From Lingula anatina (Eukaryota; Animalia; Brachiopoda): a DNA stretch of 64,000 nucleotides. The stretch covers positions 23,070,401 through 23,134,400 of the forward strand of contig CM120641.1 of the NCBI GenBank assembly GCA_051362555.1, written 5' to 3'. Shown here in pieces: positions 24,491-39,276 of this stretch; positions within the stretch are counted from its first letter, which is position 1, and each line of letters begins with the position of its first letter. Made by a program: the position numbers and the translations under genes. The notes below the pieces were generated by a model, which saw only the letters and a program-made list of their open reading frames with translations, had not been told where the DNA came from and ran no database searches.

Positions 24491-27400
24491 CTTTATTCAA
24501 GGCACAAATACCATGCACTGTCAAAATCTGATGAACACATGTGAACTGTTCACCTACATGACAAACTGATTTGCCAACAAAAAAAAAAAAAAATGACATC
24601 AACCTTATCTCCATTCATAACAAACTTTTTAAGTTTTATAAAAACTTATCATTTCTACTAGTGAACCTTTGCCTGTCATCTGTGATTATATTATTTTCTT
24701 CAAGCTTACTGAATTTAATATTTTATCTACTAGTCCACACATTAAATTTAAAACATAAAATTTAAAGTTATGAAACAAAGTTTTTTGCCTTAAATAAAAT
24801 ATAAATACATGTTATAACAATATCATACAGCAATGTATGATACAACAAAATGCTACCCCTTTCTCCCCCAGCTTGAGCAAATAAAAAGAAACATTTTTGT
24901 CTCTTCATATCTCAAAAAAATGTAAAAAAAAAAAAAAAAGAAAAGAAAAGAAAGAAAGAAAGAATAAAAAAGAAGCATTTACTCAATTGCCATTTTGGAA
25001 GGCACAGAGGGGACAAAAAGTTTTGTGGAGAAAAAAATGACAAAGAGAAAAAGAGAGAAAAAAGATGGAATATTCCTTACCAAACCTGTTTTACTTACTT
25101 GCAATATGGGGCCCATTCTCCTTTCATCCATCATTTATAGCAACTCAGTATAGACTAGAGAGCAAAGAAAACATCCACTTTTATTTGTGTCCAGGCAAGG
25201 TGGGACTGAAAAACATGCACACCTAATAATGTGTGTGTAGATACCCCTGACTGGCAACCTGCTGCATTCTTTCCTCTATTACCACCATGTGCTGGCCATT
25301 ATGGAGTACTCAGACTGGTCAAAACCCAGCAGTGGATGACCAGGTGTGACTGGCCTTCACTACTTTCAAAGGGATTCTTATCAGTACTTACAAGCCAAAG
25401 CTGATATGCCTGCCGCCTTGGGGTTTTTGTATATATCTTTGTTTGCTGCATTTATATAAGCCATGATATCAGTCTAGGCTAGCCTCAAAATAAAGATTGA
25501 TCCATTTTTTAACAATATGGATATAGCAAAAATAGTGATTCCATTTGTTGTAAGTACTGCAATATGTGAGCAGTCAACTAATTCCTTTTTCTGATTTACA
25601 CAAAACCAGTTCAGTTAGGATTAGAAAGAATGACCTTTTTGTGTGGATGAACAAAGACTGCTTGCTCTACTACAAAAAACCAATTTTTGGAAACCCCTCC
25701 TAACCACAGCTTAATTGTGTGCCAGACAAATAAACGAAGACCGATTATGTAATTTTACCACTATGTGGAATTGCAAAGACAAAAGGGCCAACTCATCACA
25801 TGGATAAATTAAATTTTCTGTGTAAACTACACTGTACTTGATTGCAAGCATAATGTATAAATATATGGTACATCTCAACAAAAATATGACAGTATATCCC
25901 AGCATTTTTGTAACTAAAGATATCTGCCTGAGCACCACTGAAGTTGTAGATCAATCCAACAATGGGGACTCTTGCTGAATACAATCAGATCAAGAGTTTT
26001 ACATGTCTCCTCTTGGCGTGAGTAGAATATATAAAAGCTGATGGTTATACAAATAAGTCTGAAAAAGAGCCCATGCTACCTTTTGTGCACAAAAAATTTG
26101 GTGATAATGTTATTAAGCATATTATGTTGCTTTAAACTCCACAAAATCACCTGTTTTCTACATCATATATTCTGATTTATGTGTGCACATTTCACAGCTT
26201 TGCTGCCTTGTTTTGTATTCAAGTGCACACACAATCTTGCACAAAGGAATGACTCTGGATCATCATCTCTTGGTCCCTCATCAGTTACCAAATGAAACAG
26301 GAGAGTTACTTCATTTCTATGAGCATATCCCCAGTGGCCCATGCGTGGTATTTATATTATATTCTTTTTAGAATCAACAGTTCTAATGCAGACAGCCAGC
26401 AGACTCAATCCAGTCATGGATTATTACTGATATGGGGACCACCTTTCAATCATACCAGTCTAGCAGACATAGTTTCAACAAAATTAAATAAAGCTGCATG
26501 TTCATGTTGAGAAAAGCACTGCGTGACCTGTCCATTCATGGAGAAGAATCACAAACAAAAACATGTTAACTACATTTTGGCTAATCAAATTATCACTAAA
26601 ATAGAATTTAAGGCAAATTAATGAGTTTCTGATAAAAAGTCATCTACAGAATCAAATTATGCTCCCCCTACTGCAGTCTAGGGAAAAAGGAATGAAGCCA
26701 TTTTCACTTGAGGTGAGGTATACAGTAAAACATCAAAACATCTATTTCATTACAATCATTCATTCCCAATATAATTTTTTAAGTAGCCTTCCCAGAAGTT
26801 TCTGATAAAAAGAATTTTCGCTGAATTAAATAAAGACCTCCCTGGTGCATGAGTGTGACCTCTTGAATGCCGACTAGCTGCCCTTTAACTGTCCAGTGTA
26901 GCTTGTCTCCGTATCTACTAGTACAACTAAAACAAAACATCTTAACATGGTTTCTCACAGTTATCTCATATTCAGTTCTCCTCTGGGGATAAAAATGTTC
27001 TGCTCAATGAAATAGAGTTGTCCAAGTGGAGTATGATACGAGACAGCATGTTCTGACTGCTTGGCCCTTCTTACTGGTCACTGCCCATACCAGCTACATA
27101 ATGCCAGTAACTTCACTTCTAATTGGTAATCGGAAATGATGAATACATGCTACCCACCTTATATTTTGTACATCTTTTAAAACCTTTATTTGTAGTTTTA
27201 TTGCCCGAATAAAAAGTTGACATTTTTTGGACAAATTTACATTTTGTGATAGAAAATATCTTTGTGCATGCTAAGTTATTTGCTATTTCTTATATGAAAT
27301 ACTTACCTTAACCAAATCTGTAATAAATATTTGAAATCTATCGATTTTTGGATCTTAAATAAATCTGTTGTAATTTAAAAATATAGTGTTCTTCAATATC

Positions 27401-30400
27401 CCTCCTCATCTTGAAATACAGACAGAATTACTATATTCCCAAATCAAATTAATTACGACTACATCCCACAGTTTATACCAAGCTCTAACGAATATGAAAT
27501 ATAACTTCATCTGAGAAGTAGGAGGCCCGAGATAAATATACAAACAAGAACTTGCATCCAGGTGACTTCTCATGGTTAAAATTTACCTGGCTATCATCTC
27601 ATATTAATGCCCTATTAATAACAATAAACTATAAATAAGCTAATACCAAAAGGCTGTGTCTACATATCCCTGTATTAATTATTCAATAAGATGGTATCAA
27701 CATTCTGTGTGAACTTTCAATCAAAGCTCAATCGCAAACAAAGCTCAGGTGTTGAAAAAGCTAGAAAAGAGCTACATGTTGCATCTTGTTTGGCAGAAAA
27801 AAAGATGATGTGTTCTCTAGGAGTCAAGGATGGCATATTCAGAACAAAGAAACAGTCTTAGACATACCAAGGAGTTATATATTTAACTTCTTGGATAAAC
27901 TGTTAATTGCTTTATTAGAAAATCTCACTTAATTAAACAGAAATACCATAATCTAAAACCACTATGATGAGTAAATAATTATAATGTATATATAAACATT
28001 TTTTGAGCACAAGTTTTACATTGAACAGTAAAGTTGGTCGTACATTAAATCTTTTAACATCTTCATACACAAAACTGCCAATAAATTTGAAACACAAATT
28101 TGATTTTGTAGTTATGGGTTGTATGCATGCATGCATATGTGTCAAACAACAATGATGACAACAGCATTGACAGAATATACAAAAAGTGTCTGTACATAAA
28201 AAAATTTAAGATATTTTGAATTGGGATGATGAGTCTATTCATTTTCATTATATTATCTTTAAATAATACACTTTTATACCTATCATTGTCATAATTCAAT
28301 GAACCAACCACTACTGGCATCAGAAATGCATTCAGTGTGCATTGAAATGATGTTTACCATGCATCCATCTGTACTCATTGTCAAGTAAACCAGAGGTATC
28401 CTCAGCATTATACAATGTACCACCATCATGGATGAGTTAAACAATGGAAGCGGTGTGTGTTATTTTCAAGCTTCATGAAAGAACAATAGTTTACATTGTA
28501 ATATGTATTAAATATGTATAGTTTATATGTGTGCATCTACATGCATTAACAGCACACAGCCTAGTGCCACCTGCACATACACATAAAAACAGCAGACAGA
28601 CTGCAAAAAAAAAAATGCCCACAAACGATTTTTTAAAGATTACACAAGGAATTAAATAAGGTGTCACAGTCTATCTTGTTGGCAGTTAAAACTTCCCCAA
28701 CAGCAGCTGTGGTGTGAGTGTAAGTGACATTCAAAAAGGCGATGAGCATCTGCCAGCAATTCTGATAATTACCTTATCTGATTCTCTGAGGTGCAATATC
28801 TGTGCCCGCTTACTGAGACATAGCTCTGGAAAAAGGTTTTCATTCTGGCAACCAAATTTTAAAATTCATCCACAATGCACTTCTTTATAGAAAGAGTGAA
28901 TTTTGTTACCCCATCACATGATGGCCATTAGTACAAATTGCTTTGTGATTCAGATATACATTATTGCTGTATCTTTTTTTTTTTTTTTTTTTTTTGCTCC
29001 ACATTTTATCTTATTGCTCTTTTTTTTTAGTATTAAACTAAATCAGATACTATCTAAAATAAAGTCTAACAGCAACAATGCCATCCCTTCAGTTGTGATT
29101 GATCCAAAATGGTAATTTAATTGTTACTCTAAAATGAGTGTGATAAATCTATACAAAAATGCCAAAACATGGTAAATGTAACAGATGCTCTCCTCCTAAA
29201 TTACTTTCCCCATAAATTAATGATGTAAAAAAATGACATGCCTTGACTTAATTCTTTGTAAAAAATTCAGATATTACTGAGTAAACAATTTTGATATCAA
29301 TATTACAACAAAAGCCTTAAGCTATTTGTCCAACTTTCAGTATTTGCATTTATATCAAATTCAGATATAAAGGTCTTGCCAAAATCAAACTAAAACATAT
29401 TTGCTGAATCAATTTTTACATCTGAATGCAACTTTTTTCTTCTGGTATGACAGTTTCTACCTGTAATAAGCGTAAAATAAAGGAAACATACCAATAATAT
29501 TAAAGTATATCTACATTATGACACAGTGTCATTACACCAAATAAACTGTTATGACATCTATCATAGTTTATCTAAATTCATACTCTGCTGTTAAGTTTAC
29601 TCTTAACTTAAAGTCTTCCTTTGTTTCAATGGTTTTAGACTTAACATATCTATTACTCCTAAAACACACGTGAAATTTAAACATCTTCTCACTAAAGTAG
29701 CATCAGTTTTCTAGTTAGCTTTCATTGCAATCCATAATTTAACTGATTAAGAATTAATTTCAGTGATTGGTCTATCAAAATACCATTTCTGTGTGCAGTG
29801 AAATTGACCAGAATTAATCATTAATTTTGTCCACAGAAACAAAATGCTACCAGCATCCTATTTACAGGTCTAAAAGTGCCCCATTAGTGATCATTAACTC
29901 TACTGTAATATTCCGTACACAAGCTCTGTCCAATAACACATGGCAGACATGGTCCATGCATTAGTGAACCCAGAACCAAATCATCATTTATCAACAGCCC
30001 ACAAAAAAAAAAGAAAAAAAAGCATGAGGGGACTTCTATCCATATTAATATGGTGCTCCTGATGGCTAGTTCTATTATTATAAAGGACACAATTTCCTGA
30101 TTTACAAGATGGGTATTTTATACACTAATTGCTATGAGGAAAACATGTTTCATTTAGCTGGCACACACTGTACTGACATTATGTGAGAAATTTTAGACTT
30201 CCAAAAACAAAATGTTGCAGATGACAATTAAGGTTCAATTATGAAAACATTTTTACTTACCTCATTACGATAACATTTCTTGCAAATATTGAGAATTTTT
30301 TCTTTTTTTTTAATCAGCAGTGACAAAATGTATTTTTGTGTAGGAGTAGTCTTGCTCAATTAATCCAACAAGAACTTATTTCAAAAATTAAAATATTTAT

Positions 30401-31656
30401 GTTTCATCCAGAGCAAGGCCTTAAAATATGTTACAGACCATTTAACACCAGTACACTGTGATTTTAACTATGTTGTTATTTTAAAAAGTTTGATTTGATT
30501 CAAAATCATTTTGTGATTATTTGCAAATAGTAAACTTACTGAATCCACAGACCTTTTTTTGGTAACCAGAATCAGAACCATAACGATAAAAAAATATTGC
30601 AAGATTTCAAAACTACAACACACCCGTACAAAGTTCTTACCTGTCTAATTATTGACATCTGTATGCCAGGAAATCCCTCTGAGTAAAGCAGTTTGTATAA
30701 TGGAGGTAAGGTAGGTCTGAGTTTATTGATATACACACCACATTTCCTGGACAGCGAAACTTAATCCTTCACCAGCTCGCACCTTTAACTACCCATAGCT
30801 ATCCACCGCCCCTAGATCACAATCACACAGGGGTAAGGCACGTACCTGGCAGTGAGGGTTTGGATCAATATTGGGTGAAGACATTCACTGATCACAAAAC
30901 GGATGAGTAATTTTCTTGCAAGTTTATTCGCAGCAATTCTTGAATGCTATTAACTAGCCCTGTACCTAATTACGACTAGCACATGAGATGCAATATAATA
31001 TCTGACAAGAAAGGTGATAGTATACACTCTAGGCAGAACTGGATTGTTCCCACTAGACAGTTTGAATTGGAATTTCGTTCACCTATTTTCCATGGACTGT
31101 AAGTGTTTGCATTAGAAAGGTACATGTACTTGTGAATTTAAAGCACAGGAAGAATTCCTACAAAGTTAAAGAGTCAGTGGCACTGGTCCTCAATGTACAA
31201 GTAAATCCAGTTTGCCGTGTGTAAACTGGTTTATTTTCTGGTTTGGGCTTGACGTTTTTTATTATTGATCCTAACAGTTCCTCCTTTCCATATCATGCAT
31301 GCTGCATCCCATCTTTCTGATCTTTAATGGGACCAAGACTTTGACTTCAACTTAAAACATAAAGCCACAAAATGAAAAAAACTCTCTAGGGAGAGGATCA
31401 TGATTATACTTGAATAAACATGTATTTCATCCCTGTCTCCCTACATCTGAGTTCCAACTAAAATTGATCACTTTGAATCAATATCAGGATGAAAGCAAAT
31501 TCCACTTGATTTTTAATCTGAATGAGAACGAAAGATTAAACATCTTGACAACTTTACCTTAATTATACGTGACAAAGAAATGTTTCTTAGCTTACATTAT
31601 TCATGATATTTTGAAAGATATAAAAAATAAGCAAAATTTGTATACATATATACTGT

Positions 31657-31688
<32 letters not shown>

Positions 31689-32633
31689 CAGTATATATAT
31701 ATATATTTAAAAAAAAACAGCGAAAGTATACTAGTTTTACTTGAACATATTTATATCAAATTAGTAAAAGTAAATACCTTTTTATATATTACCATTTAAA
31801 CACTGGGAATAGGGAAATAACTTTATCATCTATAAAACCAGGGTATTTATTTCATACCCACAAAAACACCACTGACCTTAATATTTCAGAGAAAAATAAT
31901 CTTCATGGGGTAATTTCTTCAAAAAACAACCCAAGTGTAACAAATCATGTGATAAAAAACCACTTTACCTGCCACTGGAGTCAGACAACCTGCAGTACAA
32001 AAAGGTTTCTGCCCTTACCAGTTCAGGATAAGTTAGTTCTTTGATGTATAATAAGACATGGCATTTCTGATATGACCTTCACCTTTACTGGCACTTCAAG
32101 TACAAGTTGCCACAAATTTTTTTTCAGCTGATTATTCAGAATACTATTCTAACAGTTCTAACAAATTCATCGACATGTAATACTTTACATGTTCTAATTC
32201 AATTTTCAAGGGGCAGATTTGAGCTGTTCATAGCATCTCCTAAAAACTTTTCTGTTTTCAAGAAAAATCACTTTATGGTGTAGAATAAGGTATTTGGTAT
32301 TATCTGAACTAAACCATTTGACAGTGTTACTTGCAAAATAATTTCAATTTGAGAGTAAAAAAAAAACCCTAAAATTATATTTTTACCCTATTAGCAGTGC
32401 TAATACTTCAGTAAAACTTTGCAATTATCGTTATGGGAAATTACAGCCGAAATCAAGCTACAAACAATATACAATCACATTTCACTGATAAATAATGTCA
32501 ATCATATCTTTTGCTTTTCTCAAACAAAAAATGTCTCTATTGTTTTGAATATTCAGATACATTTCTTTCTTTCCACTTTAATTTAATTCAACTTAATTTC
32601 ACAAAACTATTAACCAAAATAAAATACAAAAAG

Positions 32634-32771
32634 AAACAAGGCAGCAAAGCTGTCAAATGTGCAGACAACAACAACAACAACAACAAAAAATTCTAATATG
32701 CTCAATTATGAGATTCTGAACATAGTGGTAATGGCTATATGTACAGACACATCTGTGTCTGTACATAAAAA
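32634..32771 (-). mobile_element. Short (~140 bp) Helentron-associated HINE/DINE-like element, same family as 50437-54626
   Basis: ACAAGGCAGCAAAGCTGTC hairpin + subterminal ATGTGCAGACA at one end; 30-nt palindrome TATGTACAGACACATCTGTGTCTGTACATA + A-run at the other. Confidence 0.8.
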
Positions 32772-33639
32772 GAAAGACAGCTGAATGTCAGTTGGTGAAA
32801 TCTAATCTACAGAACGAAGCATATCTTTTTATGATGAGCATACCTTTTTAAAAGCACCAGCTCTTTATAACGAGCACACTTTTTTTTAACTACCAGGCCT
32901 TTATGACTGAAGATTCTTCAACTCATGGAGAAAAAGGAAAGTTACTGCCTGATTGATTAAGTAAATCCAAACTTACATGTAACCAATTAAGTTTTTTCAG
33001 GCAATCTGTATTTGGAACTGTAAATGTAATTTACATGTATGCCAGATTATAAATTGTGTGATAATTACTTAAGAATCGTAAATTTTGAAAATTTACAACA
33101 GCAGCTTGGCATAAACAAATGTCTTGACAGCATGCCAGTATGAGCCATCAAATTTAGTTATTGTAGATAAATGTAGTTTCCTAGATAAAGCAAGAAATTC
33201 TAACCCACCTTATTTTAACTACTTATTACTTACTCTTGGCACTACAGAATCCACAGGAATGACAAACATATGCTGGGACTGGGATTGCTGAGAGGGTATA
33301 TTTGTCTGGAGGTAAAAATGCCAGAATAAAAGCATAGATATTCATAACCCAAATTTAACATGTACAAAAAAGTACACTTCATATTAACAAGATACTGCTT
33401 GAATAACTGAAATCATTTGTTCCTAACTTGATGTAATGCACAAATGAAATAAGAATTTTATCAAGTTTGTCAAGCAATCACATTTTTTTGCAATTCCCTC
33501 ACACTCTACACTAATTTATACCTTAACTAGTAAATGACTCGGAGCACAAACCTACACGAAGGACATAACCTGTAAGAAACAATAAACAATTGACATCCCA
33601 TGTGCTTAGAAACACTTTCCAGAAAAATATCGATAGATC

Positions 33640-33940
33640 TATATAAAAACTGCAAGACGTAAGATGTAATTGCCTATGTGTGTGACGCAACTTGCCTAAC
33701 TCTGACGTAGTGTGTGTCTCAGTGGTAATCCTTATATTATTGCTGCTTGTATAGCTTAGACGCAGAGTGGCATCTCAATGGTAATACGTATCATCCCCAA
33801 AATCTAGTAATTTCTTCCTTGGCCTCTTTGTGACCTATCCTGAAATTTTTATCAAAGTCCATCCAGGACTTTTTGCAGAATATGGTGCACAGACAAACAA
33901 ACAGGACCAAAAACATAACTTCCTCGTTGTTGGTAATAAA
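33640..33940. mobile_element. Degenerate HINE/pearl-like interspersed repeat
   Basis: CCCCAAAATCTA..CCTGAAATTTT..ACAGACAAACAAACA microsatellite..AACATAAC..GGTAATAAA layout typical of these elements; boundaries approximate. Confidence 0.4.
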
Positions 33941-35457
33941 GAAAACATTCTAAAAATTAATTGAGTTCCACTGACTATTAGACTTTTCCATTCTGAGTTT
34001 TTCTTCCAACAAAGAAAAAATCAATATCAGGTCAAATCAATAATTACCATAAGCTGATCCTTTCCATTTTAGTAAACATCACTTAAAAACTACTGATATT
34101 ATATAAGCAGGTTTTACCTTATTAGGCCCATCCTACATGCAGGACACAAAGGCCAAAGCTTGGCTACTAAATTTAATATACAATTGATTTGATAAGTAAA
34201 TCCAATTGAAAACAAAGTAGAGTAATGCAAATAATGGCACATGACTGATGCACCTGATGATTATCTTTGAAAGTTTTCAAGAACACTCACCATTAAGCTG
34301 TCAAGAGAAATTTGCTTATTTTGTGAAAATAAATATTTTGTCAAAGCCCTGACCACTGAAGAGATATATGTTGCTCCTGACCATTGCCATAAAATATCAT
34401 TATGTTTAAAAATCAACAGTATTTCACTACTGTGTACTTTTGACATAGACCTGGGTAATGTATTCCATTAATGCAGTGAGCCATATTCTAGAGATTCAAT
34501 AAATATATCAATAGCACCATAAAAATGAAATAAAAAATAATGCAAACTTTAGGGAGAACTTTTCCTGGTGTAAATAATATGACACTGTTGGTGATCAGGT
34601 ACTTCACGTTCAACTGCCACCGATGATCTAGCACTGTGCCAAATTTCATTAAAGATCACATGAAGCATCAAAGTGCAATTTCCTCCGAACCATGGAGAAT
34701 CCCATTACCATTACATGGCCTGTTGAACCAGAGGATGGATACACAGTAGGCCCTCTTTTATAACAGATTGGTGTGACACCTTAAAGCCACTGTTAACTCA
34801 TCTAATTAAATCTAACAGATCAATCAAGGCTATTAGTATAGTGTGCCTTGTAAATAGTCACTAGAGATGCACGTACATTAAACAAGTTGATGCACATATT
34901 CTTATTTACCAGCCAGATGTTTTTAGAGTTAGAAATGGCAAATTGCCACCACTGGCCAAAGGCATACAGGTGTCTGAAATTCCCAATGCTTCTAGGACAT
35001 TTGGAGCAAGTTTTATCCAATGAGGGCCAGGTTTTTGGGCAAATTAGAACAAAAACATTTATAAAAAACATCATTTTGATAGGAAAGTTATTATTAGCTC
35101 TCAGCTTATTCTGGCTCCACCACAAATGAAAACAAAAGGGTAAATTTTTGTATACAATATCAGGCATTCATTAACATAAGGAAATTATTTCAATTGATGA
35201 ACGAAACTAAAGTCTCTGTCTGGAATGTATTTGAAAAGGGCACCAGTGCATTTGGACCAAAGATCTTATTTTTTATGGTAATCCAACTGAACTTCTGTTC
35301 TTTGAGCGGACAGTCAGTGCATCACTTCGAGAGGGATTCATTGCTTACCATACGGTTTTAATGCAATCACTGTGCAACAAACCTTCCACATGATTTGTGA
35401 CTCATACATTACAACAGAAAGTGAATATAACTAAAAAATGACTGCAGGTATAAGTGG

Positions 35458-35986
35458 TACGAGGGCGAGTCAATAAATAACCAGCCTAACACATCTCCGA
35501 TCAACCGAGACATCCACGATTTTCACGCATTGTTTCAATACATGTATTGTACCTGGGTACAAAACTACACATGAATACGGTCATTTGTTTGTCAGATATT
35601 GAATGTCAAACATGGCTAGTGATGTAAAAGCAAGCTTTTCATCAAAAATGGAGTACCGTATTTTTTTTTTCTGTTTTTTTTTCTTTTTTTTTTCTTTTTT
35701 TTGGGTTGGTTTCTGGGTTGGGGAGTTTAAACGCGGTAGAACGTCTTTAGAAGATGAAGCCAGGTCTGGACGCCCTGTGGATGTCACCGACGATGAAATG
35801 TGTAATAAAGCTGCAGTTGAGGAGTGGTTCAATGGAAAGGACCCTGACTTCTTCACTTCTGGGCTGATTGCACTTGAACACCGTTGGTCCAAGTGCATTG
35901 CCCCGGAGGGAAATTATATTGAAAAAGAAGAAGTAGATCTCAACCCAAAATAGGTTAGGCTGGTTATTTATTGACTCGCCCTCATA
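35458..35986 (+). mobile_element. Internally deleted mariner transposon
   Basis: TA target duplication at 35458-59 and 35985-86; 31-bp TIRs (C/T)GAGGGCGAGTCAATAAATAACCAGCCTAAC. The remnant ORF has WVGEFKRGRTSLEDEARSGRP and the C-terminal WFNGKDPDFF..LEHRWSKCI..EGNYIEK; the DD34D domain is absent. Confidence 0.93.
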
Positions 35987-36031
35987 TATTAAATATATTG
36001 AGTTATGCTGTTTTCCTAAGTATCTTAGTTG

Positions 36032-36711
36032 TTAAAGCAATAATAACTCTTCCTTTGAGATTCAAAATTCCGCAAGAAATACATTGTAAACAACGCATGG
36101 AAATGTATTCTATTGCATTTTACCACTAAAACGGCCGTTATTGTAGTAAAACTAAAATCTGTGCTTGTCAATAGGGCTTTTGATGCCTTTCTTCCCGGTT
36201 GTCAAGGAATTCGTTGCCAATGACGTTAGGGTGTCACACGGATTCTCGCGTTCATTCGAGACCAAAATAACATATGGCGTCAAACGCCTGATGCAATCGA
36301 TGCAATCCGCAGACGTAAGTTGCGAGTTTTTGTACAGTGCGTCGGATAACGAAAAGCCCAGAATTGCACACATTGTAGATATAAATGCATTTTGAGCAAT
36401 AAGACAAATATATCTTATGAAACTTTTATTATTGTTATATAGTGTTGTTGTTGTCTGCTTTTCCCGCAGTTTTAAGTAGGTCACCAGAAACTATCGCTCG
36501 ATATCGCGTGACTATGCAATGTCAGAGAGGGCTCCGTCAGTTAAAATCTCTTAAGAGATTTTAACAAAAAACCACCGTTTAGGAAAAAAAACCCTGGACT
36601 AACTTTGAATGCAGGAATGGGGTCGTTGACCATTGGTAAGTACGGGAAAATTGCCGTTTACTCCAGGAAAATCCAATTTTTGGCCAAAACGAAGAGTTAT
36701 TATGACTTTAA
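36032..36711. mobile_element. Non-autonomous TTAA-flanked DNA transposon (Kolobok-like)
   Basis: Ends TTAAAGCAATAATAACTCTTC and GAAGAGTTATTATGACTTTAA are inverted repeats starting TTAA-AG; the CpG-rich interior suggests a young insertion. Confidence 0.7.
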
Positions 36712-38466
36712 AGGTATTTTGTACACATCCGAAAATGCCCCAAAGTCATATTTGTATATCTTACAATATACTTGATATTTTCCCCAATTCAAATCTTTAA
36801 AATGATAACTAGAACCTTTAAATTAAAGTATCTGATACTAGTTTCCATCAAAAAAACATGGTGGTGTAAAGGAATCAAGATTCGTTTAGAGCCAAGTTAT
36901 TTTATTACAAATAGTACAATTAAAACATTCAATCCAAAGTGGGTTGAGCAGTGATTCATGAGTAGGAAAAATGTTTTTATGCCAAGAAATATTAGATTTG
37001 TCAAGAAAATCTCATACAGAATACCTTAATTCACAGTTGTAACAAAATAGTCATTAAAAAATCTTTGATACTCGATCCATTACTTTATAATCACTATTCA
37101 TATATTCAAGCCTTAAAATAAAACAAAGTGAAGCAGAATGAAATACAAATGTATCTAAACAGAAAATCACATATTTCTGAAATTAATGTTTATCTGATGA
37201 TAGTAGTTCACAATTTGAGACAAGATCAGATCATTCAGTATTCATTCATTATACAATCCTCTAAATGTGGCGCCAGTAAGAGAAGTATCCACGAACTACT
37301 TTAAAAGCACAAGTAATTTTTGACTAACCTACATTCGCATACATTCACTGTTGACTACACAGATCATTCCAGAAAAGCATCTACTGGACCTGAATTATGG
37401 CACAGGAGAAATAGAAGTTGATTGAAAATCATGTCCATGAAACAGGATGAAATGCACATTATTCATGCTCAAATTTTTATCGACAACAAAAACATTGTAC
37501 AAACCTAGAAAAAAAAGAAAGAAAAAAAAAGTGGTCTTTTTGGGCATGTGCTTGTCTGATCTTCAATGTTATTGTGTTTTCAAACAGTTCTGAAATCAGA
37601 AAAGTATTACATGTATTTCAAAGATAATCTTATTCTCTCCATCAGAAATCTCTGGGTCAAATTTCAAACTAGCAATTACTGAAATAATAATTTTTCACTA
37701 ATACTTCAACAGATAAAAAATAGTCTTTTGAACAGTCTCTACTGCTTGTCTTGGGATTATTCTCTTTATTGCAACAAACAAGGATGAAACTGATCAGAGG
37801 AAACTAGGAGACAAGAATAAGAAGTGCATGAGAGATCATCTTGACTTATCAAGTGATCAGCATGAGCGACCATCAGCAAGCATGATTTATCAGGATGATT
37901 TGATTTGACGATGATGGCGCCCATTACTGTTACCATAATGATAAAGTGTTCCATCAGGATCAAGATGTGATTAAATAACCTAAAATGTGTTCAAAGGAAA
38001 TAAACCATTTTTTTTTCATGTAGAGACAATCTTTTGAAAATATCTCAACTTTAAGTGGCTAGTTCCTCTTCTCTGCTGTCATTTTTCTGTTCTTCATTCA
38101 CGTTTCAAGACTTGGCGCCCCAAGAATGATAGTCACGGTTTGAAAAAAAATGATGCTGCACATCTCTAATGTATTTGTCATTAAGTGAACTTGTCATTTA
38201 CTGAGACATCAAAGTAACTCTCATTTTTACAGTGATCTGACAAAAAAAAAAAAAAGACAACAGTCACAATGCAGCTTGCATGTCACTTTAGGTTAATTAC
38301 TTCTGTCTCAATGCCAGATCACGTAATCTGGGGAAACAGTATAATCATCCACTGCTTACTTCAAACTAATCAAAGATGTATTTGTCAGAACACTGCAAAT
38401 TAAACTTTAAATTCTATAATTAAAGAGCAAAATTAACAAGAACAAAAACTAACAAAAAATAATGTC

Positions 38467-38469
<3 letters not shown>

Positions 38470-38534
<65 letters not shown>
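38470..38534. repeat. (TA)n microsatellite
   Basis: Direct reading. Confidence 0.95.
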
Positions 38535-38537
<3 letters not shown>

Positions 38538-39224
38538 CACACTTCCTGCAGTAAATGACTCATTTAAACACTGCTTAATTCAAAAATACCTTAAAGTGTT
38601 GATCTACTAAGTCCTTTAAACTATGGAGCAGTCCAGTGACATTTACTGTACAATTGTTGGAAAAGGTTACCAAAACTCAATGAGCTCCCCAAGTAGAGTG
38701 CTGCACAGGTCACAGTGATAGCCAGTCATTAAAACAACAGTACTGGCTTTAAGGCAGTTTGATACGATATACAGCAAAAATCACCAAATTCCTCTAAAAG
38801 GCAAAAGAATATGTAGCAATATGACATGCAGCAAAAATCACCAAACTCCTCCAAAAACAAATCCTTATACTGTTCTTTGTTGGAGCATACACTATACCGG
38901 CATGGATATAAACCTCTAGGGATGCTTTTTGATCCCTCATATCCATAGGGGATGATCAGTATTGCACCGCTTGATAAAATAAGACACAATTCAACAAATA
39001 TATTTTCAAGGGCAATAAGACACTGTATTTTTAACTGTTGAAATTCTACTTAAATTGTAATATCCCACAATTGAGCACTGTAAATTTTAAAGTTGGCTAC
39101 TCTTCATGAATTTTGCAAACCTTGTACAAAAACACTTGTTAATGGATTTGGGGTTTGAGAAATTTTTGATATATTTTAAGGTAACTTAGAGGTCATTGCA
39201 GCACAATCATGATTCCAATCATCC

Positions 39225-39228
<4 letters not shown>

Positions 39229-39274
<46 letters not shown>
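39229..39274. repeat. (GA)n microsatellite
   Basis: Direct reading. Confidence 0.95.

Positions 39275-39276
<2 letters not shown>

Noticed and set aside
36152-36484. ORFs inside the TTAA-flanked element
   Set aside because: No transposase or other recognisable motif; short ORFs in a GC-richer non-autonomous element.
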